A stretch of 64,000 nucleotides of DNA, from positions 3,162,001 to 3,226,000 of the forward strand of contig NEEC01000011.1 of the NCBI GenBank assembly GCA_002189035.1, read 5' to 3'. This DNA comes from Utricularia gibba (lineage: Eukaryota; Plantae; Magnoliophyta). This document shows positions 21,267-33,644 of the stretch, in pieces. The notes under the pieces are model-generated. The model was not told where the DNA came from, ran no database searches, and saw only the letters and a program-made list of their open reading frames with translations. Position numbers and translations under genes: made by a program. Each line of letters begins with the position of its first letter. Position 1 is the first letter of the stretch.

Positions 21267-24013
21267 CTAGATAACCATTTGGTTGGCATCCAGGGCCTTG
21301 TGGGGTTTCATATTTTCAATCTGCTCTGCAACTTTTACTGCTTCCTTCCACCAGTCTTCTTTGTCGCTGCTCTCTGTTGGAATCTCTTGGACGTTGTTGT
21401 GGATGCTTTGGTCGTCTTCGATCAAGTGTGGAAGGATGTGTTCCGGGAGAGGGCGCAGCGGGGATCGGTAGCCTGTTAGGAGGAGGGAGTAGAAGAACGG
21501 GGATTAGATGGGAACTTGGGAATCAGATGAAACATTGGAGTGTCTCCTCCCACCTCTGCAGTCAGGGTCATGGCACTTCTGATAGTAAGCCATCTTCCGA
21601 AGGTCAATCACGTATATGACTGCAGCAAAGAGTAGCAAGATAGTTAATGCAGCAAAGAGTCATGGGATATTGGTAGCCACATTGCGAGGAGCAGTCTGAT
21701 AACGCACGTACACATATTTAATGTTGGAATGCGCAGAGGGGAAAAGAAAAATTACCATGGTTGCTTTTGTGTTCTCTGCCAATTCTTTCACAGTATCTGT
21801 TTCTGGACATGCTGTAAACCATCACAGCGTCTTCTGAGAACCAGTACCATGCCTTGATTTTGCCTACAGAAAATCAGAATCTGATGAGAGAACGAGTTCA
21901 GGAAGTTGGAAAAATGTTAATGATCCTTCAAATTTGGCATCACCTGAGATGTTTCCAGTTGAGGCGATGGCTTCAACAAACTCATCCAAAGATGGGAATG
22001 GTGATTTTCCATTCGAGTATGTTGGGGCATTACTGGGATCAAACCTTGAAGGACGATAAAGGGGCAGCTTCTGGTTTTTACTTGCTATCTGCAGTGAAAA
22101 TGAATTTGGACTCAGTAATATCGGTCATCGAGGATGAGAGAGGCCACGCCATCAAGAGGATAAATAAGGAGAACAGATAAAGCAAAGTAGGTGGAGAGAT
22201 AAACTGAAGAAAGGCTAAGATACCTCTGTCTCAAAATGGAGTGTTTTCACACAATCCAAATCCATCTTGCAAATTAGAAGCTTCTCGGTGTAATCATCAA
22301 TGTTGCAAATCAAAGAAGCCATAAATACTTCTTCTTCGCTCTGCAGGATGTGAAGAGAACTTGATTATCCAGTTATCCCCGATGCGCATAAGGAATAACT
22401 TTGAAAAAATATTTTGGTCTTTTTTTTTTTCCTTTTGCTCCTTACCATGTTCTTACACTTGAAACGCCCAGTAGGTACAAGAAAGGAGTTTTTCCCAGCT
22501 TTTGAAGAGAAAGGCAATCGAAAGCAACGGTTCCTAGTATACACAGCAGCATCCACAAAAATCTGGCATTGGCCATCAGCTGCACAACTCGGCTCCTTTG
22601 AAATGAACAGCTTTTCCCACTTTCCGTCTCTTTGTCTGTTACTTTGGATACGTGACAAAAGCTGAATAAAATAAAAACATCCCTTAATTAATGACGAGGG
22701 ATCCTAAATCATTGTATATAGGAAGCAACAAATAAACTGTCATCATGAGATGTACCTCAGCAACAAATGCGCCAACGTGTGAGTTGTCTTTGAATGCGAT
22801 CTTCGGTAACCGGATGATAAGATGGCGAGAGAACTTTTCTGCATGGAACAACGTGAGAAAGTTGGTGTTGCAAACTTGAATTCAGGAAAGAGAACAATAG
22901 CGCCACTTGCTACCTTCAGTTGAGGAATCAAGTTCAATGAGATAATCTTCATCCCGGTGGATGTCATATTTTTCATATAATACATCAAACATTATATCAA
23001 TCAGGAGATCCACCATTTCATCCCCATCTCTGCCCGCATTTGCTGCCTTATTGAACTCAAGATCAAAATAGAGATGACATGGAAGTGCCTAGCAGATGGG
23101 GCATCACCCACATGAGAAAACAGTGCCTTCAGTACTTTACACAACAAGCCGCAAACCAAACTCATCCCATCCTTACCAAGGCAAATTACCTCTTGAATCA
23201 CTTCATAGTGACGACGAAACTTAGAGTCCATTTCCTTGTACCTACACAAAACCACCACCGAAATCACAGATATTCAACATCATTGGAAATTGATTCCTTA
23301 AAATCAGAGGAAGTACAACATAGTCTGAAAACGTATTCATCAGAGGGACAAGGATTTGCCTCTGCCAGAATTCCTTATAGTTGGATACAAGGAATCTCCG
23401 CTGACCAGTCATGTGATCTTGGTAGCTAAAAATACGAGCATTTGTGTGCAGCTTCATGAATTTCATTGCTTCCACTTGCTTAGGAAACGTGGACCAAACC
23501 TTCTCTCTGGACAGGCACCATTGTACATTTTCTTACAGAAAATCCTTTCAGCAGAAACCAGTTTCGTTCACATGTGCATGAACTTAACAATGAATTACCG
23601 CAAGTCATGTTGTTGGGCTAAATCGACACGAATTTCCCGAAGCAATCTCAGCAGTCTAGCCGGTCTCTTCGGAGGCACTCCATTAGGAGAACCATAGAAC
23701 ACCCCTGGAGAGAACTTTTCACGAACTCTCGGTTTGATATTCTTAGCGTCAGAACCCGGTGACGCTTCCATCAGCAGCGAAGCACGCTCCTTCAATTTTC
23801 GTTTTTCTGATCTACTCTCCCTCTTAGCAGACACTGAATAACAACAGCCAGATTAGAAGCCGAAAATGTAGACGTTCACGCGCTGAACATGCCGTGTTCG
23901 AACTACGTCTATAAAACCTAGATTAAACTGACGAATAGGGTTAGATCAGCGAGCTTACGCGGCGGAGAGGCCCCGCACTTGAAGCACTGAAACAGGCGAT
24001 CCACATCGTCCAT
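21267..24013 (-). CDS. PRIMPOL: DNA-directed primase/polymerase PrimPol (AEP domain plus C-terminal Zn finger), multi-exon; last exon uncertain
   Basis: MDDVDRLFQCFKCGASPP, FYGSPNGVPPKRPARLLRLLREIRVDL, CHLYFDLEF (motif I), KFSRHL (motif II), FVDAAVYTRNRCFRL (motif III), RYCERIGREHKSNH...YYQKCHDPDCRGYRSP. Confidence 0.9.
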
Positions 24014-24441
24014 GAATAACTCCCCGATTCTCAACTCTCCGGCCGGCAGCAGCGGCGATCGCCTTGATGCTCGTCTAGGTATCCCACAACGCTCCTTTGA
24101 GCGGGAAAGGATGTTAAAATCAGTCCTCCAAACGAAAATAAGACAAAAAATGCGTTTGTAATCTCACCAAGGGCGTATTTGTAATTTCACTAAGGGCATA
24201 TTTGTCATTTCCCAAAAAATTATTATGACAAAATACCAAGGAAAAGTGCATGCACCGCCGGCGCCGGTGAGCTTTCTCGGAGGTAATGCGTGACCGCTCT
24301 TCCCGGGAGGTAGGCCATAAAGCTGGTGGATGACGGGATGCGGTAGGCCTGTTGGCTTCAGGGTGATCTCATTCCAAGCTAACTTCTTCATCTTTTAATA
24401 CCCCATTGCCTGGAGGTCTCTTCTCTTCTCTGTTCCTGGTG

Positions 24442-26155
24442 ATGGCCGCAAACGATGTTCCATGCTGCGAAACTGCGTTTTGGGTGTATTTATTCATCTG
24501 CGTCGCCTTGGTGCTGTTCGCCGGCCTCATGTCCGGCCTCACTCTGGGGCTCATGTCGCTCAGCCTCGTCGATCTCGAGGTCCTGATCAAGGCTGGCCAC
24601 CCAGACCACAAGAGAAACGCAGGTACCCATCAGTTCTGATGATCAATTTTCCTTCTTGCACATGGAAGTGAGACCGGAATGGTTGCCGGTGGTTGCAGAA
24701 AGGATCCTTCCGATCGTCAGAAACCAGCACTTGCTCCTCTGCACCCTCCTGATATGGAATGCTTTGGCAATGGAAGCTCTTCCTATATTCATAGACGCTC
24801 TCCTCCCTGCTTGGGGTGCTATTCTCGTCTCCGTCACCCTCATCCTTGCCGTCGGAGAGGTACACAAACCTTCACGCCGGAAAACTGTGTAGTTACTAAT
24901 ATTGTCTTGGTCGGCACAGATCATCCCACAAGCCGTTTGCTCCCGTTACGGCCTAAGCATCGGCGCGAGGTTGTCTCCGGTGGTTCGCCTTCTGGTTATG
25001 GTTGCTTTCCCTGTAGCATACCCCATCAGCAAGGTCAGATTCAACATCCCACATCAGCGTTACCCTCCCCGCATGCACATGACTTCCTTTTTCACCGGAA
25101 TGCTCGTCCATAGCTTTTGGATTTGCTGCTAGGGAAGGAACACTCCGTGTTGCTCCGGCGGGCAGAGCTCAAGACACTAGTAAGCATGCACGCGAACGAG
25201 GTTAACAGTATCCATTTTTCAGGAGAGACACTGGTTTACCAGCATTGGTTGATCTTGTTCTGAAACGGCTGGCTCTGTGGTGATCAGGCCGGCAAAGGAG
25301 GGGAACTAACCCACGACGAGACGGTGATCATCTCCGGTGCATTGGACCTCACGGAGAAGACGGCCAAAGACGTCATGACCCCGTTGTCCGATGTCTTCTC
25401 TCTGGATATCAATGCTGAGCTTGATGAGTATGTTCTCACCTTTTCTGTTTATATGGAATGAGGCACTCTCCTGCTTCACTGAGAAGATAGATTACACCTG
25501 CAGGGAGACAGTGAACCTGATACTCAAGAAGGGGCATAGCAGAGTACCGATACACTCCGGCAGCCCCAGCAACATCATCGGCCTCATTCTTGTAAGGGCA
25601 ATGGAGCATCTTATGGGGAACTCCGTTTCTGGTTCTTATTTCTGCTGCAATCACCAGGTGAAGGACCTGATCAAGCATCGTCCTGGACATGGGGCAAGGA
25701 TCAGAAACCTCAGCATAAGAAGAATTCCGAGGTAGAAAAGCTTCTATCATAGGAATACAAGGAGCTTCCAGCTCACTCATTGGTTCACCGTGCAGGTTCA
25801 ATGAAAACCAGCCATTGTACGACATACTTAACCAGTTCCAGAAAGGGCAGAGCCATATGGCTGTTGTGGTCAAGAGCATGCACCCTGCAAACGCCATGAG
25901 CATGAATGCAGGTTCAACCCAGAGTCTTGTTTGGAGCCATGAGGAAGTTCTTGGCATCATAACCATGGAAGATGTACTTGAAGAGCTCCTCCAGGTTCGA
26001 ACTTTTCGTCCCCCATGGAGCTTCTCTTTGGTTTTCAGTTACTGATTTTCATCATATAGGAGCCAATATTTGATGAGACAGATGAACATGTTGGGATTCT
26101 CACAACCAGTAGGCTAAGAAACCAGATAATCCAAATATGGCTCCATGGCTTATAA
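24442..26155 (+). CDS. DUF21/CNNM plus CBS-domain membrane protein (CBSDUF type)
   Basis: [17 protein letters not shown]...[67 protein letters not shown] and [14 protein letters not shown]|EPIFDETD. Confidence 0.92.
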
Positions 26156-26485
26156 AGAAGCAGAATGACTGAACTTTTATAACAGGACAATGGATGGAAT
26201 ACTAGTTCCCCTTTATCCAGAGTCTAAACCACATCCCCTTCTAGACAAGACATTAAGATATATTAAAAAAACAGCAACATTGGTATTCCATAAGCAACGG
26301 AAGTCTAGGGCAACAAATTTTGTTTTTAGGTTGTAGACTGAGAATTCGAAATATGCATTAGAATGTCATAAAAGGGATTCTTCACAGAGAGAAGACACAC
26401 TAACAAGAGACATTTTTTACCCAAATATACAGAGACGTCAAAGAGTCTTCATGTAGTTGGCAGAAAAGTGTGAAAGTTCGTCACC

Positions 26486-28729
26486 TCAATCGACTTCCTC
26501 CATTTTGCTCTCTTCATTACCCGCTTCCTCCAACGCAGGCATTTCCTGGTCTTCGGCAGTTTCATCCTCACCAATGCTCAATCCCAGCTTCAACATCCTG
26601 TGAATCCTGGATGCAAACGTGTTTGGATCGTCCAAGCTGAACCCAGAAGTGAGAAGAGCAGTTTCGAAGAGGAGCAAGACTAGATCTTTCACGGATTTGT
26701 CGTTCTTGTCAGCCTCAGCTCTCTTCCTTAGTTCCTCCATGATTCCGTTATCCGGATTGATTTCCATCGTCTTCTTGCTTGACATGTACGAGCTCATGCT
26801 TGAATCCCTCAGTGCTTGGGCTTTCATGATCCGCTCCACGTTCGCCGTCCAACCATATTCGCCGGTTACCAAGCAACATGGAGAGTCGACGATTCTGTCC
26901 GAGATCACTACTTTCTCAACTTTGTCACCAAGGATGTCTTTCATCACCTTGCAGAGGCTCTCAAACGACTTTTCCTTCTCCTCCTTCTTTTTCTTCTCCT
27001 CATCAGTTTCGTCTTCCAATTTCAAGCCTTCTTTTGTAGCGGATACGAGCTTCTTTCCATCGTATTCCTTCAGCTGTCCAACTGCATACTCATCAATCGC
27101 ATCCACCATGTCGTATCCCTTCTTCTTGAGGCGTTCTAAGAAGGGTGAGTTCTCCACTGCCTTCTTGCTCTCACCAGTGATGTAGTAGATATCCTTCTGA
27201 CCCTCCTTCATCCTTGTCACGTAGTCTTTCAAACTCTTCATGTCGTCGCCGCTTTTCGTGGAATGGTATCTGAGCAAATTGGCCAGCTTCGATCTGTTCT
27301 GGCTGTCTTCATGGATACCGAGCTTCAGGTTCTTGGAAAAAGCTTCGTAGAATTTGTTGTAGTCCTCCTTGTTCTCAGCAATTTCAGAGAACATTTCGAT
27401 GCACTTCTTCACGAGATTCTTCCTGATCACCTTGAGAATCTTGTTCTGCTGCAGCATTTCGCGGGAAATGTTGAGAGGCAAATCATCAGAATCCACAACA
27501 CCATTTACAAATCCGAGGTACTCGGGATCAGTTCCTCGCAGTTGTCCATAATGAAGACTCTCCTGACGTAGAGCTTGGTGTTGTTCATCTTTTTCCGGGT
27601 GTCGAACAGATCAAAAGGAGCCCGTTTAGGAACAAAAGGATGGCTTTGAACTCGAGCTGGCCTTCGACAGAGAAATGCTTCACAGCAAGATGATCCTCCC
27701 AATCGTTGGTTAAGCTTTTGTAGAACGAAGCGTATTCGTCCTTGGTGATCTCTTCCGGTTTCCGCAGCCAAATCGGCTTCTGCTTGTTGATGAGTGACCA
27801 TTCGTGAGAAACTTCCTTGATCTTCTTTTTCTTACCCTTCTCCTTCTCTTTGTCCTCATCGATCTCCTCAATTTCACCTTCCTTTTCCTTCACGGGCTCA
27901 TCGTCGCTGATCTCTTTCTCCGTTGCTTTCTCGGTCCACAGATAGATCGGGTAACTGATAAACTCAGAATGCTTCTTCACTAGATCCTTGATCTTCCTCT
28001 TCTCGAGATATTCCAACTGGAAGCACATTCAACAGTCATGAAAGAAGATTCTAACAGCATAAACAAGCGTATTAAAAGAAGGAACCCAAATCACCTGATC
28101 TTCCTTCAAGAAAAGAGTGATTTTGGTTCCCCTGCCAAGCTGCTCGCCATTGGCATCCCTTGTGACGGTGAAGGAACCACCAGCTTGCGACTCCCAGATG
28201 TACTGCTCATCGTCGTTATGCTTGGTGGTCACAATCACCTTCTCAGCAACCAAATATGGAGAGTAAAAACCAACTCCAAACTAACCAATCATGCTCACAT
28301 CCGCACCAGCTTGCAACGCCTCCATGAATTCTTTCGTTCCAGATCTCGCGATAGTCCCCAAGTTGTTCACCAAATCTAACAGCGGTTCAAAACAAATCAC
28401 CAAATCAAAACCCCATAACAACAACAAAGAAAAGCAAACCAATCAAGTAGATATGACTACTCACCTGCTTTGGTCATTCCTATTCCACTATCGATGATCG
28501 TCAGCGTCTTGTTAACCTTATCAGGAACAAGACGGATGAAAAGCTCCGGCTGCGCATCGAGCTTACTCTTATCAGTCAAACTCTCGAACCGAATCTTATC
28601 CAACGCGTCGGACGCATTGCTGATCAATTCACGCAGGAAAATCTCCTTGTTGCTGTAGAACGTGTTGATGATCAAACTCAGAAGCTGGTTGATCTCCGCC
28701 TGAAAAGCAAACGTTTCCGCGTCTGCCAT
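26486..28729 (-). pseudogene. HSP90: Cytosolic HSP90 (HSP90.1 type), probably pseudogenised: premature TAG, 9-nt deletion, two -1 frameshifts, several substitutions at near-invariant residues
   Basis: [38 protein letters not shown]...MEEVD is unmistakable. Exon 2 reads [13 protein letters not shown] (TAG at 28281-28283). KKGYDMVD replaces KKGYEVLFMVD (~27110). Frameshifts at 27634-27637 and 27524-27526. Confidence 0.75.
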
Positions 28730-28846
28730 CGGAATGCACCGCAACAACAAAACCGAGCAACGAATAGAGCAAAATCTTCTCAAGATCCTTCCGAATCGCA
28801 CGCCAAGTGACGCGAAAATCAGCGGCGGGGGTGGATATATCAGGGG

Positions 28847-28945
28847 GAGTTCTAGGAGGTTCCATTGGGAAAGCCTCACAAAGGGCGGTAGAAAATTTGA
28901 GATGAGTTCCAGGAGCTTCCATTGGCCCTGGAATCAAGAACCTTC
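28847..28945. promoter_or_regulatory. HSP90 promoter: duplicated heat-shock-element plus CCAAT module and a third HSE-like site
   Basis: GAGTTCTAGGAGGTTCCATTGG (28847-28868) and GAGTTCCAGGAGCTTCCATTGG (28904-28925) form a 22-bp direct repeat with 2 mismatches. Each has TTCnnGGAnnTTC followed by ATTGG (CCAAT on the gene strand). GAACCTTC at 28938. Confidence 0.7.
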
Positions 28946-29184
28946 GAGGGTTTATATTCATCATTAAAAGAACTCCATGGGCCTTTAGAACAGCCCATGG
29001 ACAAATTGAGCGTACGCATTCCTGGCCATGAACATGATCCTATTTTCAATTTCCTTTTTCTGTTTTCTGAAAAGGTATATAAAACTTGATTTTTCAAAGC
29101 CACCAACCACCATCCGAACTGTTTTCTCAGAATGACCAGGTCGTCGGCTGACCGACGCCGGCGATGAGATCAGCGTCCTATTAG

Positions 29185-31089
29185 ATGCGTATCAGAGGTC
29201 TGAAGAGGGCGCCTACAAAGAGTTCTTCCAGTTCAAGGACGCCTGATCTCGGCAATAGCGATATGGCGCCATTTGCGCCGTGGCTGCATTCCTTTCGGGC
29301 GATTCTTCCTTTAATGGTTTCCGGTGGTTTTCTTCTATTCCTTGTGCTTTTCGCGAAGGTATCTTTCTGCGAGGAGAGCGTGATTGCGTCGCAGTCGGCT
29401 ATCGGTGAAGTTTATGGCGTCCAAGTTGTGAACGAATTTCCGCATGATCCTCGTGCTTTCACTCAGGTTTTAGTTTTATGCCCTTACACTTGTCCGCCCT
29501 CATCTGGATGTTTTCAAGTTAAAATGAGTGACGGTTACAGGGACTGCTGTATGGTGGAAAGGATACCCTGTACGAATCCACTGGGCTTAATGGGCGTGTA
29601 AGCTTGCTTCCCTTCTGTATCTTGTAAAATTTTGTTTCAATGAAACGCCAAAGCATATGATTCAGCGTCTGAGACCTGTGATTCTTTTCATACCTGAGAT
29701 TGCAGTCATCTGTTCGCAGAGTTGCTCTTCAGACGGGCAAGGTGCGGATGCGTCCAGTTTTGTGCTTTTCCCTGATACATCAACTTAAAGCTAAAATATA
29801 ACTCATATTTGGTCTGGAATGATTGCTCATCTTGGAAGCTGATTTTCCTTGCAATCAGGTGCTTGAGATGCATGAAATGCCAAGAAAGTACTTCGGCGAG
29901 GGTTTGACGCTTATAAAGGACAGGTTCGTTTTGCCCCTGTGCTTGATCCTGCTGCAACATTGACCTAAAGAAAATGCTTTGCTCAGTGGGTTTGTCTAGC
30001 TAACTGAGGATGCACTTTTTCAGGTTGCTTCAGGTCACTTGGCAGACAAAAACTGGCTTTATATATGACCGCAGCAACTTGAGCAATGTTTGTGCTAAAG
30101 CTTTAACAATTATCTTCTTGCTCTTTTCCTTCTCAACATGTTTCCTTTGTTGAACTGAAACTCCACTGGTATCTGCAGATCAGGTCTTTCCAAAATGAAA
30201 TGCAAGACGGATGGGGTTTAGCAACTGATGGGAGGATTTTATTTGGCAGTGACGGCACTTCAACTCTATATCACATTGACCCCCAGTCCTTCAAGGGTTG
30301 GTATCATCTGCAATATATTTGCTTGGGTAATGAGAAGAAACCTGACTTATTTCGTGTTGTGACTTCTGTTCCAGTGTTGAAGAAGTTCACTGTTATGTAC
30401 AATGGGCATCCAGTATACAACTTAAATGAACTTGAATATGTCAATGGCGAAGTTTGGGCAAATACATGGATGGTATGCACCAACTGCCTCATGAATTGCG
30501 ATACACATCTAGAATTGATCGTGTTTTGGCTTGGTAACTTCAAAATACATGTGCACCTTGTCTCCAGACAGATTGCATTGCAAGAATATCGTACAAGGAT
30601 GGTATTGTGCGGGGATGGATCTTCCTACCACAATTGAGGTCCAGTCTTCACCTTGTGCTCTGTAGCATATAAAATTTTTCTGGCTGTTCAACTGTTAACT
30701 CTCTCGAAATCCATTGACAGGGAAAGATTGTTAGCAAATGGACATATGGTACCTTATCCCTCTGGCATGTTATTTTTCATTCTGAGAATGCCACCTGAAG
30801 CTCCTGCTTGATTTTTCAGGGCATCGACGTATTGAACGGCATAGCATGGGATCCGCAACGGAACCGTGTCTTTGGTAATTAGATCTCAATATTTTTTGTG
30901 GATACTCTTTTCACTCTTCTTCTACATCATGATGGAATAGCATGGTCTTTCTTCTTCTTCACTGCAGTCACAGGAAAGCTTTGGCCAAATCTATATGAAA
31001 TCAAGGTGCACCGGGTGAAGAAACCACCCAGGAGTGAGGATATCGAGAGTCTCTGCATGCCCCCACCATTCGATTTCCAAAGATCATAG
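29185..31089 (+). CDS. QCT: Plant-type glutaminyl-peptide cyclotransferase (glutaminyl cyclase), multi-exon
   Basis: VVNEFPHDPRAFTQ|GLLYGG..LYESTGL, YFGEGLTL, LLQVTWQ, DGWGLATDG..LFGSDGTSTLY, LNELEYVNGEVWAN, VLNGIAWD and VTGKLWPNLYEIK. Confidence 0.93.
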
Positions 31090-31417
31090 CGAAGTCACAT
31101 ATACATCTGTTGTAAATTATCTGCACCCCGAGAAAGGGTTGCCTTGTTTTCCCATTGTTGTCAAAACCCTGTATTGATCACCTTGTACTCGTTATTCCTT
31201 GAGGTCTTATTCAAGTAAAATGTTTCAACTCAGATAATTTACAACAGATAGATAGATTTGCATATTTTTGGAGTAGTTAAATCTAGATATTGATAAATGC
31301 AGAATGAAGATTTAACGCTAACAGAATTGACTGATTCCCAAGTTTTTCTCAATTCAGTTAGCATTCATTATCTGGAACGAACTGAATCCAAAGTATCCGG
31401 ATTCATCTTCATTAGCC

Positions 31418-33158
31418 ATGGTAGACTTTCTGTCCTCTCTCAAGCATATTCTTTCGAAGCTACCATCATTTCTCACCATCAAACTATGGGCCATCATGAT
31501 CACAATCTCGTTCCTTTTGCTTATTGGGATTCTGATTTTTGCACTGGTGACCTGGAGATACAGAAGAAGATTAAGGAAAATAACAATGAGTCGTCAAGAA
31601 AATGCTCAGAGCATCTCTTCCATGGACAAGGGGATGCTGCTATCATCCCACAATATAGAAGTAAGCAGTGGAACCCTAGAAAAGCAAGCAGTGTGCTCTG
31701 ATCAAGTCTCTAGTAACAAGAACAATAACAAAAGCTCAGGATCTGTTGGATCATACACATTGGACGAGATTGAAGCAGCAACAGATGGATTAGCATATGA
31801 GAAGGTTATCGGGTCTGGAGGATGTGGGGTGGTTTTACAAGGAGTGTTAAGAGATAAACACCCGTTGCAATCAAAAAGTTGTTCATTGATAGGTAATTCC
31901 TTGGTTAAAACCTGATATGTGTTCTTCTTTCATTCTGGATGATAGTAAATGAAATACAATTTTTATATACAGAAGAGAAAAAACGTTATTTGTGAAAGAA
32001 GTTGAAGCAATGCAATTGATTAGGCACAAGAATGTGGTGCAGCTGAAGGGATACTGTGCTGAGAGTGGCTACAGGTAAGTGATCTACTCTGTTGTAAAGG
32101 AATCTGAGAAAAAAGAAAGAACTTTACTAAGATTTCTCTAACTAGGATGCTTGTCTACGAGTACGTTGAGAAAGGGACTCTTGAGGATTGGCTGCACCAC
32201 TGCACAAGTGCTGTTAGCCCACTGACTTGGAAACTCAGACAACTCATAATCATGGGAGTTGCCAAAGGGTTCGATCTCGATTTTCTGTCAAAATATGAGC
32301 TTTAAGCTTCAGCGCGTAGTTTTTGATAGGGAATATATGCTCTACAGTTTAGCGTACTTACACGAAGACAGTGAGCCGAGAGTTGTCCATGGGAACTTGA
32401 AATCAGGCAACATCCTTCTTGATCTCCAGTGGAATCCAAAGATTTCTGATTATGGGATCACCAAACTAATGGAACATGAGTGGACTCGTGGCTCTCATCC
32501 ATCTGGAATGTCAGGGTAATAAATCCTTATCTGCCTGCAATGCTCAATAATGTACTGTCAATATTGATGTGCTGTTGGGTAGCATTACACAATGTGTGAG
32601 GAAGCTTTTGTTCAAAATATTCAGATATCTTGCATCGGAGTACCACAAAACTCGTGTTTTTGATGAGAAGAGCGACGTATACAGCTTCGGAGTGCTTATG
32701 CTGGAGATAGTATCAGGGAAAACAGCAACAGAATCACCCGTTTCTGAAATAGAGGTAATCATGACACATGCTCATCTCCCAGTAAATGCGTTTCCTGGAT
32801 CTAAAAAGATGCTCTTGCAGGAGTACCTGGTTGACTGGATAAAATGCTTTGTGGCAGATGAAAGATATGATCTGATACTAGATCCCAGGCTGCCAGAGGC
32901 ACCTTCCTTGAAGGAGCTCAAACGAATTCTCCTCATCGCTCTTCGGTGCATCGATCTTCACCCCCCAAACAGACCTAAAATGGGAGAGGTTGTCCACATG
33001 CTCGAGCCTTATGGCTTGCTGCTAAGTGATGTAAGTAAACGTGTCGTCTCCTTTTCACCACTCCAACAAACAGTACAACCTGCTGCTGTCATGCTGATCT
33101 TTTCATTCAATATTTCCAGGAGACGGTGAAGAAAAGACGGATTTTCAGGCACTGCTGA
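31418..33158 (+). CDS. Single-pass receptor-like kinase without ectodomain, predicted pseudokinase; apparent -1 frameshift at ~31856-31863
   Basis: N-terminal TM (LWAIMITISFLLLIGILIFALV) followed by RYRRR, YTLDEIEAATDGL...VIGSGGCGVV, VAIKK (after frame correction), HKNVVQLKGYC, MLVYEYV, LAYLHEDSEPRVVHGNLKSGNILLD, ISDYG and SDVYSFGVLMLEI. Confidence 0.85.
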
Positions 33159-33644
33159 TAGAAAGAATATCATCATCAGCAGACCAAGGCAGGCTGAATT
33201 CAGAAAGCTCCCATTGCTTCACATGCACTTGTTTTAATGCAAGAAGACTTGAATTGCTATATTTCCAGGAAAAGTTGCCTCCGAAAACTGACCTCAAAAC
33301 CTGCTATATTCCCGATCGTCCATCGCCGTCGCGACGTCTGCCCTCGGTGATCGGGGGATAAACAACATTCCCTGGAGTGTGGACAACACAATATCTCCGA
33401 AGCAACCGCTGGAATGTGAACAGCAAAAAGTAACTCCGAATTAACCCCACTAATTCCGTATATTTTCAGTCCAGTCCCCAAATTAAACGCAATTTCCATT
33501 GTGCCACTTCTGGCAAGTAACATTGTAATTTCATTTGATTTGGTAACCAGAGGGAACAGGAAATTAAATACTGTCTACTCATCTCCATCCTCTTACAGCA
33601 AAAGTGGATCCAGACGCATTGGCCCAGGTGAAAATTTCGACCAC

